DNA of 64,000 nucleotides, taken from a virus. The notes under the pieces were generated by a model, which was not told the origin of the DNA, searched no databases, and saw only the letters and a program-made list of their open reading frames with translations. Shown here piece after piece: positions 1 to 9,674 of this stretch. The DNA lies in the IMG/VR virus record IMGVR_UViG_3300021185_002646, positions 1 to 64,000 of that record. One strand, written 5' to 3'. Each line of letters begins with the position of its first letter. Within the stretch, counting starts at the first letter, position 1. The position numbers and the translations under genes are program-made.

Positions 1-1173
1 ACAGATATTGTCGGATCACACAAGCGTAAACCTCGAAACCTAAGAAATATTAGACTAAAGGGCAAGGGTTTATATACTCCAACTGCACAAGACCTACAAG
101 AAGGTGCAAGAATTCAGCATTTAGAAGATCTCATCTTATGGGACGGTAGTGCTGGAGCAAAAAAAGCCATTGCTACATTACATCAAGTAGAACAACAACC
201 TAATACTGTTTCTGTTAAATGGGACGGCTCACCAGCAGTTATATTTGGTCGTAATGAAAACGGCGAGTTTATATTAACAGATAAGAGTGGATTTACTGCT
301 AAAGGATATGATGGTAAAGTTACTAGTGCAGATGATTTAGAAGCTATGCTAAAAAACCGTCCAGGTTATGCTAAAAACCCACAAGATTATGGAGCATTTG
401 CAGGCAAAATGAAAGAGATTTGGCCTAAAGTAGAAGCGACAGTACCAGCAGATTTTAGAGGATATGTACACGGAGATTTACTTTGGTTTACAAAACCAGA
501 AGTAAAAGATAACAAGTTTATATTTAAACCTAACACTACAACATATCAAGTAAAACTAGACAGTGATGTAGGTAAAAAAATTGCAGACAGTGATGTAGGT
601 GTTGTTGTACATATGGCAATTGGACTAGACGGCGAAAAAAGTAGTGTTGACATGTCAAGTTTCCAAGGCGGTCCAACATTTATTATGCCACCGGTTATGG
701 TACAAAAATCACCAGGTGTAGATATTCCTGCAATAGACGAATTAGATGCATTTGTAGGAAAACATGCAGGTGCAATTGACAAATTATTTAATGTACCACC
801 AGAATTAAAAATGGCAGACTTTGGTAATATACTTTACACGTATATTAATGCATCAGTTAAAACAGGCGGCTTAGATAAACTAGGCGCAGACTTTATGAGA
901 TGGGTAGACGGTAGTAAACTATCAGCACCTAAAAAGCAAAGACTTGGTGAATATATAAATGCTAATTTAGAAGGCTTTAATGCAACCTTTAATTTTATTA
1001 GAGGAGCAATGAAAGTTAAGAATATGATTATTACTGCATTAGATTCACAAGATGCTGATGTAGAAGCATATACAGGCGGCCAACGAGGCGGTGAAGGATA
1101 TGTAGTAGACAAAGATGTTAAACTAGTAAACAGAGCAGGCTTTACGGCTGCAAATATGGCAAGGAACAACTAA
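1..1173 (+). CDS. 5'-truncated DUF6267-like protein with ligase/nucleotidyltransferase-like KWDG motif
   Basis: Frame is open from base 1, so the ORF-track start at 346 is internal; reads ...DLQEGARIQHLEDL...SVKWDGSPAVIFGR...HGDLL...GGEGYV...KLVNR. Confidence 0.7.
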   Translation, partial: TDIVGSHKRKPRNLRNIRLKGKGLYTPTAQDLQEGARIQHLEDLILWDGSAGAKKAIATLHQVEQQPNTVSVKWDGSPAVIFGRNENGEFILTDKSGFTAKGYDGKVTSADDLEAMLKNRPGYAKNPQDYGAFAGKMKEIWPKVEATVPADFRGYVHGDLLWFTKPEVKDNKFIFKPNTTTYQVKLDSDVGKKIADSDVGVVVHMAIGLDGEKSSVDMSSFQGGPTFIMPPVMVQKSPGVDIPAIDELDAFVGKHAGAIDKLFNVPPELKMADFGNILYTYINASVKTGGLDKLGADFMRWVDGSKLSAPKKQRLGEYINANLEGFNATFNFIRGAMKVKNMIITALDSQDADVEAYTGGQRGGEGYVVDKDVKLVNRAGFTAANMARNN

Positions 1174-1371
1174 ATGTTAAGTAAGCAATGTAAGTTGCAT
1201 TTAGAAGAGGCGGATATGACACGCTGGCAACACTTTAAACATGCAATGAGTATTGCATGGAAACTAAAACTTGCCGCAGGTGCAGTATTTTTACATGCAT
1301 TTGCTCCACGTTACTTTAAAACATATGCAAGTGAAACTTGTGATACGATAGCAAAAGAGAATAAAAAATGA
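1174..1371 (+). CDS. small hypothetical protein (DUF6356-like)
   Basis: HL...WQHFKHA...FLHAFAP..F...AS pattern. Confidence 0.55.
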   Translation: MLSKQCKLHLEEADMTRWQHFKHAMSIAWKLKLAAGAVFLHAFAPRYFKTYASETCDTIAKENKK

Positions 1372-2126
1372 GTGAACAAAAATATACATTACAACAATAC
1401 GCAGCCATGGAGGGTGGACATGAAATGACACCTGATAATAAAGAATTGTCATTTATCCAGTCATTGGGCGAAGCTCGTATGTTTAAAACAAGACAACAAA
1501 TAAGTTCAGAAGGTGCTAGAGGATTAACAGATCATTTGTTTGTAGGACTACTAAGTCTTTACGCTATGTCAAATGATTACAAATACGCACCAGTGGCTAA
1601 ACAATATGCACGTAGAACAGGAATGTACGGTGGATTTAACAAGCCTAGTCCTAGTGGAACTGATATTTACCAAACAATGTTTACATTAAACAAGCCAGGC
1701 GGGTTAGCTGACTCTGAAGCAGATAAGTTATTACTTGCTAAAGTACAATTTAGTGATACACAAATTAAGCAATTTTTAAAGAAAGTTGAAACTGGACAAG
1801 CAAATCCTGGACAAGCAAAAGCATTCTTTTATAAACTAGAAAAGAACTTAGCTATACAAGATCCAAAATTAAGAGCTGCAAGAAGACTAATAGGAGATTG
1901 GACTAATTTAACTACCCAACAACAACAGTTAGCTTCTACACAACTAAACAAATATTATAGACTAAATGCCAGACGCAGTGATTTAACACCACTGTTTAAA
2001 AAGTTTTCAGATGAAAATAATTTAAATTTAAACCAGAAAGAAAAGAAAACTGTTGGTCAGAAAGTGGCCCGTGCTGCAGGTGCATTTGCTGCCGGTTATG
2101 CTGCTGGTAAAATGACAGGTATGTAA
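1368..2126 (+). CDS. hypothetical protein, probable virion/head-associated
   Basis: 252-aa ORF overlapping the upstream stop; LGE|A site; Gly/Ala-rich C-terminus. Confidence 0.6.
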   Translation: MSEQKYTLQQYAAMEGGHEMTPDNKELSFIQSLGEARMFKTRQQISSEGARGLTDHLFVGLLSLYAMSNDYKYAPVAKQYARRTGMYGGFNKPSPSGTDIYQTMFTLNKPGGLADSEADKLLLAKVQFSDTQIKQFLKKVETGQANPGQAKAFFYKLEKNLAIQDPKLRAARRLIGDWTNLTTQQQQLASTQLNKYYRLNARRSDLTPLFKKFSDENNLNLNQKEKKTVGQKVARAAGAFAAGYAAGKMTGM

Positions 2127-2129
2127 TAA

Positions 2130-2585
2130 ATGGGCACAAGTAGACCAGTAGAGGTGTTAACAGGCTCAACAGATTTTTATACAGTGTATACACTGATAGA
2201 TATAACAGACTCGGGTGTAGTCAGTCCCAAAGCAGACGCTAAAGGATTTTTCCAAGCCCAAAATTTAAATACTTTTATTCAAAGTATAAGTTTAAGATCT
2301 CAACCTGTGTTAAGCAGTGTTGCTAAATTAGATGCAGAAGATGTATCTGATCATGAATTTGGTAGTAGTTTTACTGGATTACATGATGTTTGGATTCTTA
2401 AATTTGCTAGTGAAACAGCAGATGCTTGGGTAAAGGAAAGTAATGATACTTATATGTTAGAAGAGGATTTTAACACAATGCCAGTTCATGTAACATTAGA
2501 TGAAACTGCATTAATTAATCCTGAAAGCGTTGATACACTGACCGTGAACAAAAACACGTACTTTAAATATCAAGAAAACATATAA
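2130..2585 (+). CDS. hypothetical protein
   Basis: 151-aa ORF in a tightly packed operon. Confidence 0.65.
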   Translation: MGTSRPVEVLTGSTDFYTVYTLIDITDSGVVSPKADAKGFFQAQNLNTFIQSISLRSQPVLSSVAKLDAEDVSDHEFGSSFTGLHDVWILKFASETADAWVKESNDTYMLEEDFNTMPVHVTLDETALINPESVDTLTVNKNTYFKYQENI

Positions 2586-2588
2586 ATA
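2581..2588 (+). promoter_or_regulatory. T4-type late promoter box (TATAAATA)
   Basis: Exact T4 late consensus in intergenic DNA; nATAAATA recurs before many genes (about 4796, 8388, 9649, 29791, 34897, 39685, 42855, 51278, 56949, 59251, 59700, 62022). Confidence 0.65.
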
Positions 2589-2665
2589 CATATATAATAA
2601 GTGCAAGGATGTACTTAAATTAAATCAGCTCTATAAGACGCTGCTAAAGATTGTGAGAACAAAAT

Positions 2666-2950
2666 ATGGCAATGAACCAGTCAAGACTTGAGCGTGAAAA
2701 TCTAGAGGCACATGTAGATTTATGTGCGGAGAGATATCGCGTGTTAGAAGAAAAATTAAACAGACTCGAGGCTAAAGTAGACTCGTTAACAGATGCCATG
2801 GCGAAGGTATCAGAAAAACAAACAGCAGCATCACTATCTAGTAATAAACTAGTTATTGGAGCGGCAGCAACAGTTATTGCAGGATTATTATCTACTGTAG
2901 TGTTATTGTTGTTAAATTTAAATACAGTTACACCATTGATAGGACAGTAA
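2666..2950 (+). CDS. coiled-coil protein with C-terminal transmembrane helix
   Basis: LEAHVDLCAERY heptad region followed by hydrophobic LVIGAAATVIAGLLSTVVLLLL. Confidence 0.65.
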   Translation: MAMNQSRLERENLEAHVDLCAERYRVLEEKLNRLEAKVDSLTDAMAKVSEKQTAASLSSNKLVIGAAATVIAGLLSTVVLLLLNLNTVTPLIGQ

Positions 2951-2952
2951 CA

Positions 2953-3240
2953 ATGCTATTAAACGAATCTTACAATACAATCGTTTCTGAAGCTAAAGTA
3001 ATTTTTAGAAAAAGAGGCGATAAAGTCAGTAGAGCTTTTCGTTGTACAGTAGGTCCACGTAAAGGTAGACCAGTTGCAAATCCTAGTCAATGTGCGGCGC
3101 CTATAAATTTAAAAAAGAGATTTGTACTTAGACGTACAAGAGCTCAAAAAGGTGCTCGTATGATGAAGAAAGCACAAAGAACAAAAAGATTAAGCCCAGC
3201 AAGTCGTATTGTTGCAAGGCTAAATAAAGCGAGAGGGTAA
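2953..3240 (+). CDS. very basic small protein, possible prohead core protein
   Basis: MLLNE...VSE|A leader, then Arg/Lys-rich body. Confidence 0.55.
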   Translation: MLLNESYNTIVSEAKVIFRKRGDKVSRAFRCTVGPRKGRPVANPSQCAAPINLKKRFVLRRTRAQKGARMMKKAQRTKRLSPASRIVARLNKARG

Positions 3241-3244
3241 TAAA

Positions 3245-3976
3245 ATGGATGTAATAAACAATAGTACAATTGATACAGTAATAGACTTTGCAAATGTTAA
3301 GTTCGGAATGGAACTTACAAAAGATCAAGTATCAGAACAGTTAAGAAATTTATCCTTTTCACAAACATTAAAACTTATTAATAGTATGAAAGCAGACGAC
3401 AACGATGCTTTCTCAGAAATTATAGACCTAAGTGCAGTAAGCGAAGGTTGGTCAGTACTACCATCAATTGATAGAGAAAAATATCAAGAACGTGATGGAT
3501 TAGAAGGTCCTATTCAAACAAAGAGTGGTAAAACAGTATATTACGATCCAAAAGAAGGCAAGTATTACGATCCAGACAGTGACATTTATTTGTCATATGA
3601 CGAATGGAAAATGTTAGATAGTGAAAACATGCATAAAATTGATATGGAAGAAGAAATTCCAGAAGCATACGGAACTGCCACATCGGCACAACCAAGTAGA
3701 GCCACAATTAGAGCTCAAGGAACTTCACCATCAGGAACAGAAAGACGATATACCAATACAGCACAAGATCAAGCCAGAGATGCAAATGTAATAGCTAGAA
3801 CAGTAGCAGGTTCAAATAAACAACCAACTGGACAAGGTGCAGTAAGAATGGGCAGTGCAGATCCAGATGATATTGAAAGAGCCAATAATGCGGAAGTTTC
3901 ATCTCAAAACCAACAACAAGTAAATATAAACGCACAAGAAATTGAACGCCTAAGACAATTGGCATTGGGGAGATAA
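3245..3976 (+). CDS. hypothetical modular virion protein
   Basis: 243 aa; central GLEGP...YYDPKEGKYYDP module flanked by VSE|G and IPE|A. Confidence 0.6.
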   Translation: MDVINNSTIDTVIDFANVKFGMELTKDQVSEQLRNLSFSQTLKLINSMKADDNDAFSEIIDLSAVSEGWSVLPSIDREKYQERDGLEGPIQTKSGKTVYYDPKEGKYYDPDSDIYLSYDEWKMLDSENMHKIDMEEEIPEAYGTATSAQPSRATIRAQGTSPSGTERRYTNTAQDQARDANVIARTVAGSNKQPTGQGAVRMGSADPDDIERANNAEVSSQNQQQVNINAQEIERLRQLALGR

Positions 3977-4186
3977 ATGAAAAGCATTGAAACCCCAGGC
4001 GGAATTCCAACATTTATTTCACTTCACGAGTGTGCAATGTACGAAAACTTATTAGAACGTACATGCAAAGACGATTTGTCAGAACGTGAAGTTTACCTAA
4101 TTCAAAGCCTAGTTAACAAAAATATTGTTAAAAAGATAGTGGAGAATAATAAAGTATATTATGAACGTATGAAAGGGAGCCTATAA
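3977..4186 (+). CDS. hypothetical protein
   Basis: 69-aa ORF coupled to both neighbours. Confidence 0.6.
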   Translation: MKSIETPGGIPTFISLHECAMYENLLERTCKDDLSEREVYLIQSLVNKNIVKKIVENNKVYYERMKGSL

Positions 4187-4794
4187 TGCCAACAGAAGAA
4201 GTAAAAGGAATGATGGATATCATTGCTAAATTAAACGAAGCAGAAGCAACACCTAGTAGCGTAGCACGAGATAAAGAAACACAAGCAAGTATTAATAAAC
4301 TAGCAGGTGTAAGTAAAGATGCAGCAGGTATGCTAAGTATTTTACAAAAATTAGATGAAGCTACTACAAAAGTTACCAAAGAGATAGTAAAAGAATCAGA
4401 AAATGATATTGAATTATCTGCATTAGATAAAAAAGGTGACACAATTACAGTAAATGATTATCAAATTACAATGGAAAAAACAACTATTGTACCTGGCATT
4501 AGAAAAACATTTTACAATATCAAAGAAGGCAATGAAATTATTCATAAAGAATTGGCATTGTTTGAAACAGCAATGGGTATTATAAAAGGTTTACTATTTG
4601 ATAATGATAGCAAAGTAAATAGACTATTAGAGTTAGATAACAGATATGCAAGCACATTACAAGAAGCAGCTACATACAAAATGAAGTGTAAGACTATTGT
4701 AGAGAGCTATAAGCACGATATTGCTATGGCAAAACAAGGTGCAGCAGTATCTAAGATGAAAGAAATCAAAAAACAAATAAAATCGGCGCTTTAA
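4186..4794 (+). CDS. hypothetical protein, probable head-associated
   Basis: TAATG overlap; IIAKLNE|A motif. Confidence 0.6.
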   Translation: MPTEEVKGMMDIIAKLNEAEATPSSVARDKETQASINKLAGVSKDAAGMLSILQKLDEATTKVTKEIVKESENDIELSALDKKGDTITVNDYQITMEKTTIVPGIRKTFYNIKEGNEIIHKELALFETAMGIIKGLLFDNDSKVNRLLELDNRYASTLQEAATYKMKCKTIVESYKHDIAMAKQGAAVSKMKEIKKQIKSAL

Positions 4795-4837
4795 TCATAA
4801 ATACAATATAATATAAAAACTCTAGTGGGGTAATAAC

Positions 4838-5599
4838 ATGGAATTAAAACAATTAAACGTAAAGAATCTAAACAAATTAGATTCAACACTTAAAGAAGTA
4901 TTTGGAATGAGCTTTGATTTTGCGGCAGGTAATGCCAAACTATCAAAAGTAAAAACAGTTACTGAACAAAAAATTAAAGCACTACGTGAAAGTGGTGTTG
5001 AAGTAAACAATAAGCAATATCAGAAGTTATTGCTAGTTCTAGAAGGTATAAACACAGCTATGGAAAACACACCAGTAATGGAAAATGAACTAGACCAAGC
5101 AGAAGTCCTTTTAGCAGCGAAAAACATGGCAGACGATCTACAAAAAATGGCTGAAAATTTAGCCAGCATGCAAGTAGAAGAATTAATGAGCATTACTAAC
5201 GCAATGAAAGAAGAAGTTGGTACAGCAGAAGCAGATACATTTAATGCATCGGCAGAAGCAGCAATTGGTTCGGCTCTTGAAGCAGTAAAAACAGCAAACG
5301 CACAAGTGGCAGACGCAGTTTTAGTAGCACAAGGTCAAGCACCAGAATCAGACATGTCAACTGACATGGGCGGTGATATGGAAGCAGGACTTGATGACAT
5401 GGGTGGCGATATTGAAATTGAACCAGAAATGGACGATTTTGAAGGCGCCGATGCTGCTAGTGCCGAAACAGACGAAGGCGGAAGAGAAATGAAAGAAGAT
5501 GCATATCTCCAAGCACTAAGTATGGTAAAAGAAGCACAGGCTGACGGTAAAGTTAATAAAGAAATTTTAAAACAAGCATTTGCAGTATTGAAGAAGTAA
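4838..5599 (+). CDS. acidic helical protein, possible scaffold/core protein
   Basis: Late box upstream; Ala/Glu-rich helices and acidic low-complexity tail. Confidence 0.55.
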   Translation: MELKQLNVKNLNKLDSTLKEVFGMSFDFAAGNAKLSKVKTVTEQKIKALRESGVEVNNKQYQKLLLVLEGINTAMENTPVMENELDQAEVLLAAKNMADDLQKMAENLASMQVEELMSITNAMKEEVGTAEADTFNASAEAAIGSALEAVKTANAQVADAVLVAQGQAPESDMSTDMGGDMEAGLDDMGGDIEIEPEMDDFEGADAASAETDEGGREMKEDAYLQALSMVKEAQADGKVNKEILKQAFAVLKK

Positions 5600-5603
5600 T
5601 ACT

Positions 5604-5930
5604 ATGAGATACGCTGATCTTTTTGAATTTTCAGGAATAGATTCAAAGGTAATTGATCTATTATCTGTATTAAGCAGTGAAGGAGTCGAAAGCATTCCAC
5701 TCTCATCGTTAGTTGATGAACTACGAGCAATGGGTGTAGATGTTGACGAAGAATCATTGTTTGATGAGATCACCAATATCTCTATTATTAACAATATTAA
5801 AGATGGTGTTGTTTATTTTAACACATCGAGTTTGGGTGCAACTAACATGAACAAAGTTGACCCTGAGAAGAATAAGAAAAAAGTTAAAGCAATGGCTAAG
5901 AAGCAAGTTGATAAAGAGTTAAGCAAATGA
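5604..5930 (+). CDS. hypothetical protein
   Basis: MRYADLFE leader; 108 aa. Confidence 0.6.
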   Translation: MRYADLFEFSGIDSKVIDLLSVLSSEGVESIPLSSLVDELRAMGVDVDEESLFDEITNISIINNIKDGVVYFNTSSLGATNMNKVDPEKNKKKVKAMAKKQVDKELSK

Positions 5931-6544
5931 GTGTAGGATTAAACGCAGCACAGGCAAGATCAAAAGCATCCCAAGATATGATTGTGTATAAAGAGACACA
6001 ATCAATTATGGAAGAAGTAATTACTCAAAGTGGATTAGGAAACTTTGAAGCAAGTGTTGATGATGGAACTACAATGACAATATCAACACCAAGTGTACAA
6101 AAAATTGGTACAGTTAACAACCCCACAGTTAACGTAGGCGATACACTTATTATTGATGGCAACACAGTAACTCTTGGAACAACAGGAACATCACTTAATG
6201 CCATTATTGCAGATATTAACGATGCAGCGGTTCCAGGTGTAACTGCTTCTAAAGATGCAGGCTACTTAGTATTAACAATAGAAGATAGTGCAGGCGCAAC
6301 ATGGTCATATGAAATTGGAGCCGGAACTGCAAATACATCTCTAGGATTTGTAGCAGGTGTGTACTCACTACCAAATCCTACTAGTATAGATTATTATACA
6401 TCATGGCAAGGTACAAGCACAGACCGTGCTATTCAAAACCAAATGGAACAAGTAATAAAATACTTCTCTGATTTAGGATACAAAATAGAAAGATTAACAA
6501 ACTCTTCCACTAATAGAACTTTTAAATGGTATATCTATTGGTAA
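5927..6544 (+). CDS. putative virion structural protein
   Basis: Thr/Gly-rich beta-type segment GDTLIIDGNTVTL...IIADINDAAVPGVTAS. Confidence 0.55.
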   Translation: MSVGLNAAQARSKASQDMIVYKETQSIMEEVITQSGLGNFEASVDDGTTMTISTPSVQKIGTVNNPTVNVGDTLIIDGNTVTLGTTGTSLNAIIADINDAAVPGVTASKDAGYLVLTIEDSAGATWSYEIGAGTANTSLGFVAGVYSLPNPTSIDYYTSWQGTSTDRAIQNQMEQVIKYFSDLGYKIERLTNSSTNRTFKWYIYW

Positions 6545-6547
6545 GTT

Positions 6548-6925
6548 ATGTCGGATCCATTAGTACATAAGCATATTATACTAAGAATTGAAGCAAACAA
6601 GCCACCAACTGATAGAGAACTAGCCCCATGGGTTTCCAACCTAGTAGAAAAAATAGGAATGAAAATACTTAATGGTCCTATTAGTTCAAATGTAACAACT
6701 ATTCCAGGAAATTGCGGACCAACTTGTGTGTGCATTATAGAGACATCTCATATTGCATGTCATGTATGGAACGAAAAATTTCCTGCATTAATACAACTAG
6801 ATGTATATACATGTGGACCTTTTGATCCAAAAGATGTAATAGAACACATTCAAGTATGGGAACCTACTAAAGTAGAATACAAATATTTAGACAGAGAATT
6901 CGGACTAACAGAAATAGAAATTTAA
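6548..6925 (+). CDS. speD: pyruvoyl-dependent S-adenosylmethionine decarboxylase family protein
   Basis: IIETSHIACHVWNE...QLDVYTCG motifs. Confidence 0.85.
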   Translation: MSDPLVHKHIILRIEANKPPTDRELAPWVSNLVEKIGMKILNGPISSNVTTIPGNCGPTCVCIIETSHIACHVWNEKFPALIQLDVYTCGPFDPKDVIEHIQVWEPTKVEYKYLDREFGLTEIEI

Positions 6926-6926
6926 T

Positions 6927-7685
6927 ATGAAAATAGCATTCATAGGCGATAGTTTTTCTGCATATAGTCAATACGGCCAAGAAAAAAATCATTGGTCTTA
7001 TCTATTAGCAGAACACTTTCCACAACATACATATTACAATTACTCACTAGGTGGTCGAGGTTATGATCATTATCGTGTAGCTATGCTTGATGCAAAAATG
7101 AAAAATGTTGATGTTGTATTAACCAACGAAACATTTAATCAACGAATACTTTCAACTATTACTGGTGACGAATTATTTACTCTTGAAACAGAAGCATCTA
7201 GTAATTATAAAACATTTGTTCTTCGTAACACGTACTGGTACTCTATACATTCTGATGAATTAATGTATTTTGGTGATGAAACAGATAAAGTACCAAAGTC
7301 TATAGAGAACGCATTATTAGAGACACTACGGAATACAGCTGCATCTAGTAGATACTATCTTTATAATACCGAGTGGTGGAATAACGTAGATACTCTTTAT
7401 GATTTTAAACATATAGTAAAATTAAAATTATTAAGAAATCCAAATGAAGCAATAAAAGATGATGTAACAAATGCGTATAGTAGACTTTTATTAGCACATG
7501 GAGTAGAACAAATAATACAAGAAGCATATTTTAAAGGTGAAAGTTTTACAGAAATGCAACAACGACAACTGTATCTTGACAATGATTTAATTATTTCTAT
7601 GGATGATGATCATTGGAGTCCTAAGGCAAATAAATGGGTATTTGATAACTATATTCTGCCAAAAGTCGTTGACATCCTGTCTTAA
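6927..7685 (+). CDS. SGNH/GDSL hydrolase-like protein
   Basis: N-terminal IAFIGDSF, block II GG, C-terminal DDDHWS. Confidence 0.6.
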   Translation: MKIAFIGDSFSAYSQYGQEKNHWSYLLAEHFPQHTYYNYSLGGRGYDHYRVAMLDAKMKNVDVVLTNETFNQRILSTITGDELFTLETEASSNYKTFVLRNTYWYSIHSDELMYFGDETDKVPKSIENALLETLRNTAASSRYYLYNTEWWNNVDTLYDFKHIVKLKLLRNPNEAIKDDVTNAYSRLLLAHGVEQIIQEAYFKGESFTEMQQRQLYLDNDLIISMDDDHWSPKANKWVFDNYILPKVVDILS

Positions 7686-7697
7686 TTATAGTATACT
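7669..7697 (+). promoter_or_regulatory. sigma70-type promoter
   Basis: TTGACA-17bp-TATACT. Confidence 0.75.
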
Positions 7698-7703
7698 TTA
7701 TGT

Positions 7704-8393
7704 ATGCCTAAAATTATAAGCCCTTACCCATATCAAGAATTTAAACGAACTAGTGTAGACGGAAAACGTCTATACCAAAACCCTTGGGGCGATCCTGTTC
7801 CAAGTGTAACCACTATTTTAAGTGATACTCAACCAGCAGAAAAACGCCAAGCATTAGCTAACTGGCGTAAGCGTGTTGGTACAGAAGAAGCACAGCGTAT
7901 TACAACAACTGCCGCAAATCGTGGAACAGTTATGCACAATATATTAGAACATTGGGCATTAGGAGAATACGAAACATATAACCCAGGAAACAACATAGTA
8001 CATCAACAAGCCAAAGCAATGGCACAAGTGGTTGTGGATAACATTGAAAATGATGTTGATGAAATATGGGGTACAGAAGTAAACTTAGTAGCAAAAGAAT
8101 TGTATGCAGGCACAACAGATTTAGTTGGTGTGTACAAAGGCGAAGCAACTATTATGGACTTTAAACAAACAAATAAACCTAAGAAGCGTGAATGGATTGA
8201 TGATTATTTCCTACAAGGAGCCGCATACGCCAACGCACACAATGAGATGTATGGCACTGATATTAGCCGTATTGCTATCTTTATGTGTAGTGGTGATTGC
8301 CAATGGCAACTGTTTGAAAGTGACCCAGAAGATTTTAAAGATTGGGAAATAAAATGGGCTCAAAGGTTAGAAAAATTCTATCGCTTATCATAA
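7704..8393 (+). CDS. PD-(D/E)XK exonuclease (RecB/Cas4-like phage exonuclease)
   Basis: PSVTTIL, RGT.MH, YAGTTD, IMDFKQ, Q.AAYA motifs. Confidence 0.85.
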   Translation: MPKIISPYPYQEFKRTSVDGKRLYQNPWGDPVPSVTTILSDTQPAEKRQALANWRKRVGTEEAQRITTTAANRGTVMHNILEHWALGEYETYNPGNNIVHQQAKAMAQVVVDNIENDVDEIWGTEVNLVAKELYAGTTDLVGVYKGEATIMDFKQTNKPKKREWIDDYFLQGAAYANAHNEMYGTDISRIAIFMCSGDCQWQLFESDPEDFKDWEIKWAQRLEKFYRLS

Positions 8394-8420
8394 ATACATT
8401 AACATAAGGAAGAAATAAAC

Positions 8421-9194
8421 ATGGCAACAATTACATCTAGAATGACAGCACGAAAAGGTTTATTAGCAAACCTCCCAAAATTACTTCCAGGAGAAATTGG
8501 GTTAGTAACTGACTATCAGAGAACATATATGGGACAAGAACCAGTAAAAGGTTCTGTAAGTTCTGCTGATGCAACTGCGGCAACTGTTGAATTTTTATCA
8601 GTATCGGGTAACCCTATTGATTTAGACGAAATTACAACTACTGATTTAGCATATGGCATTACTATAACTGATGCTTCGTCTAATCCTGCAACGCATTTAG
8701 CAGATATACCTGGTGCTGGTATTACCTTTATAGATAACATTGCTACCTTTAATCATACATTATCAGCTGACCCAAGTGGCAATAATGATATAGAGTACCA
8801 TCTTTGGTATAATAAAGAAATTGGCTATCATGCAGAAGCATTTCCTAATCCAGTACAAACAATAACATTTACTGCTAGTGCTTCAGCAACACCTCAAACA
8901 ACAGGAATAGAATTTTTATGTGATAACAAAGAAAGTGTTACAATTAGTTACACATTATCACATGAAGGTACTCCTTCAGCATCTCGTCGCGGCACATTGA
9001 GCATATTATTAGATAATGATGCAAATACTCCAAGTACAAGTTCTATTAAAGATGAGTACGATATTAGTACTGGCACTATTCCAGTTAAATTTAGTTTAAC
9101 AGACAATGGTGTAGATAGATTCATACTTAACTTCGAAACAACTGATACTGTAAACGCACATACATTTACATACGTTCAGAAATCATTTAAGTAA
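8421..9194 (+). CDS. putative tail/virion structural protein
   Basis: N-terminal LPKLLPGEIGLVTD motif typical of tail-fibre attachment domains; late box upstream. Confidence 0.55.
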   Translation: MATITSRMTARKGLLANLPKLLPGEIGLVTDYQRTYMGQEPVKGSVSSADATAATVEFLSVSGNPIDLDEITTTDLAYGITITDASSNPATHLADIPGAGITFIDNIATFNHTLSADPSGNNDIEYHLWYNKEIGYHAEAFPNPVQTITFTASASATPQTTGIEFLCDNKESVTISYTLSHEGTPSASRRGTLSILLDNDANTPSTSSIKDEYDISTGTIPVKFSLTDNGVDRFILNFETTDTVNAHTFTYVQKSFK

Positions 9195-9199
9195 TTTAA

Positions 9200-9634
9200 A
9201 TGAAAGATACATGGCAATTACCGCTGAAATCTAGGCTTCGTAGATGGCGAGAATTAAGAAAAGAAATAGTAAAGTTTTTAGAAAGAAAACAACAACTAAG
9301 AGTTGTAGTTGATTTTTGGAAAACTACACCTATAGGAACTAGAGCCATTGATCCATACGATCACAAATCTTGGCCTAATCCTTGGGACTTGCTAAATACA
9401 AATCACTACGATGAAAATGTTGTAGGTTTGTGTATGGCATACACTCTGCATTACAGTGATATTCCTTGTAGAATATTACATGTACAAAATGTGGATAATA
9501 GTGAAATAAAATTAATAGTTTTGGTTGACGATACGTATATTTTAAACTATAATTATGATAGTATAGACACTATAGACATAACAGATAAGTTCAATGTACT
9601 TGCTGATATTGAAGTAAGTACCTTGGTAAAATAA
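9200..9634 (+). CDS. hypothetical protein
   Basis: 144-aa ORF, WPNPWDLL motif. Confidence 0.6.
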   Translation: MKDTWQLPLKSRLRRWRELRKEIVKFLERKQQLRVVVDFWKTTPIGTRAIDPYDHKSWPNPWDLLNTNHYDENVVGLCMAYTLHYSDIPCRILHVQNVDNSEIKLIVLVDDTYILNYNYDSIDTIDITDKFNVLADIEVSTLVK

Positions 9635-9674
9635 TCCTAAATTAGGATTATAAATAAAAGAAATTGGATGGCGA

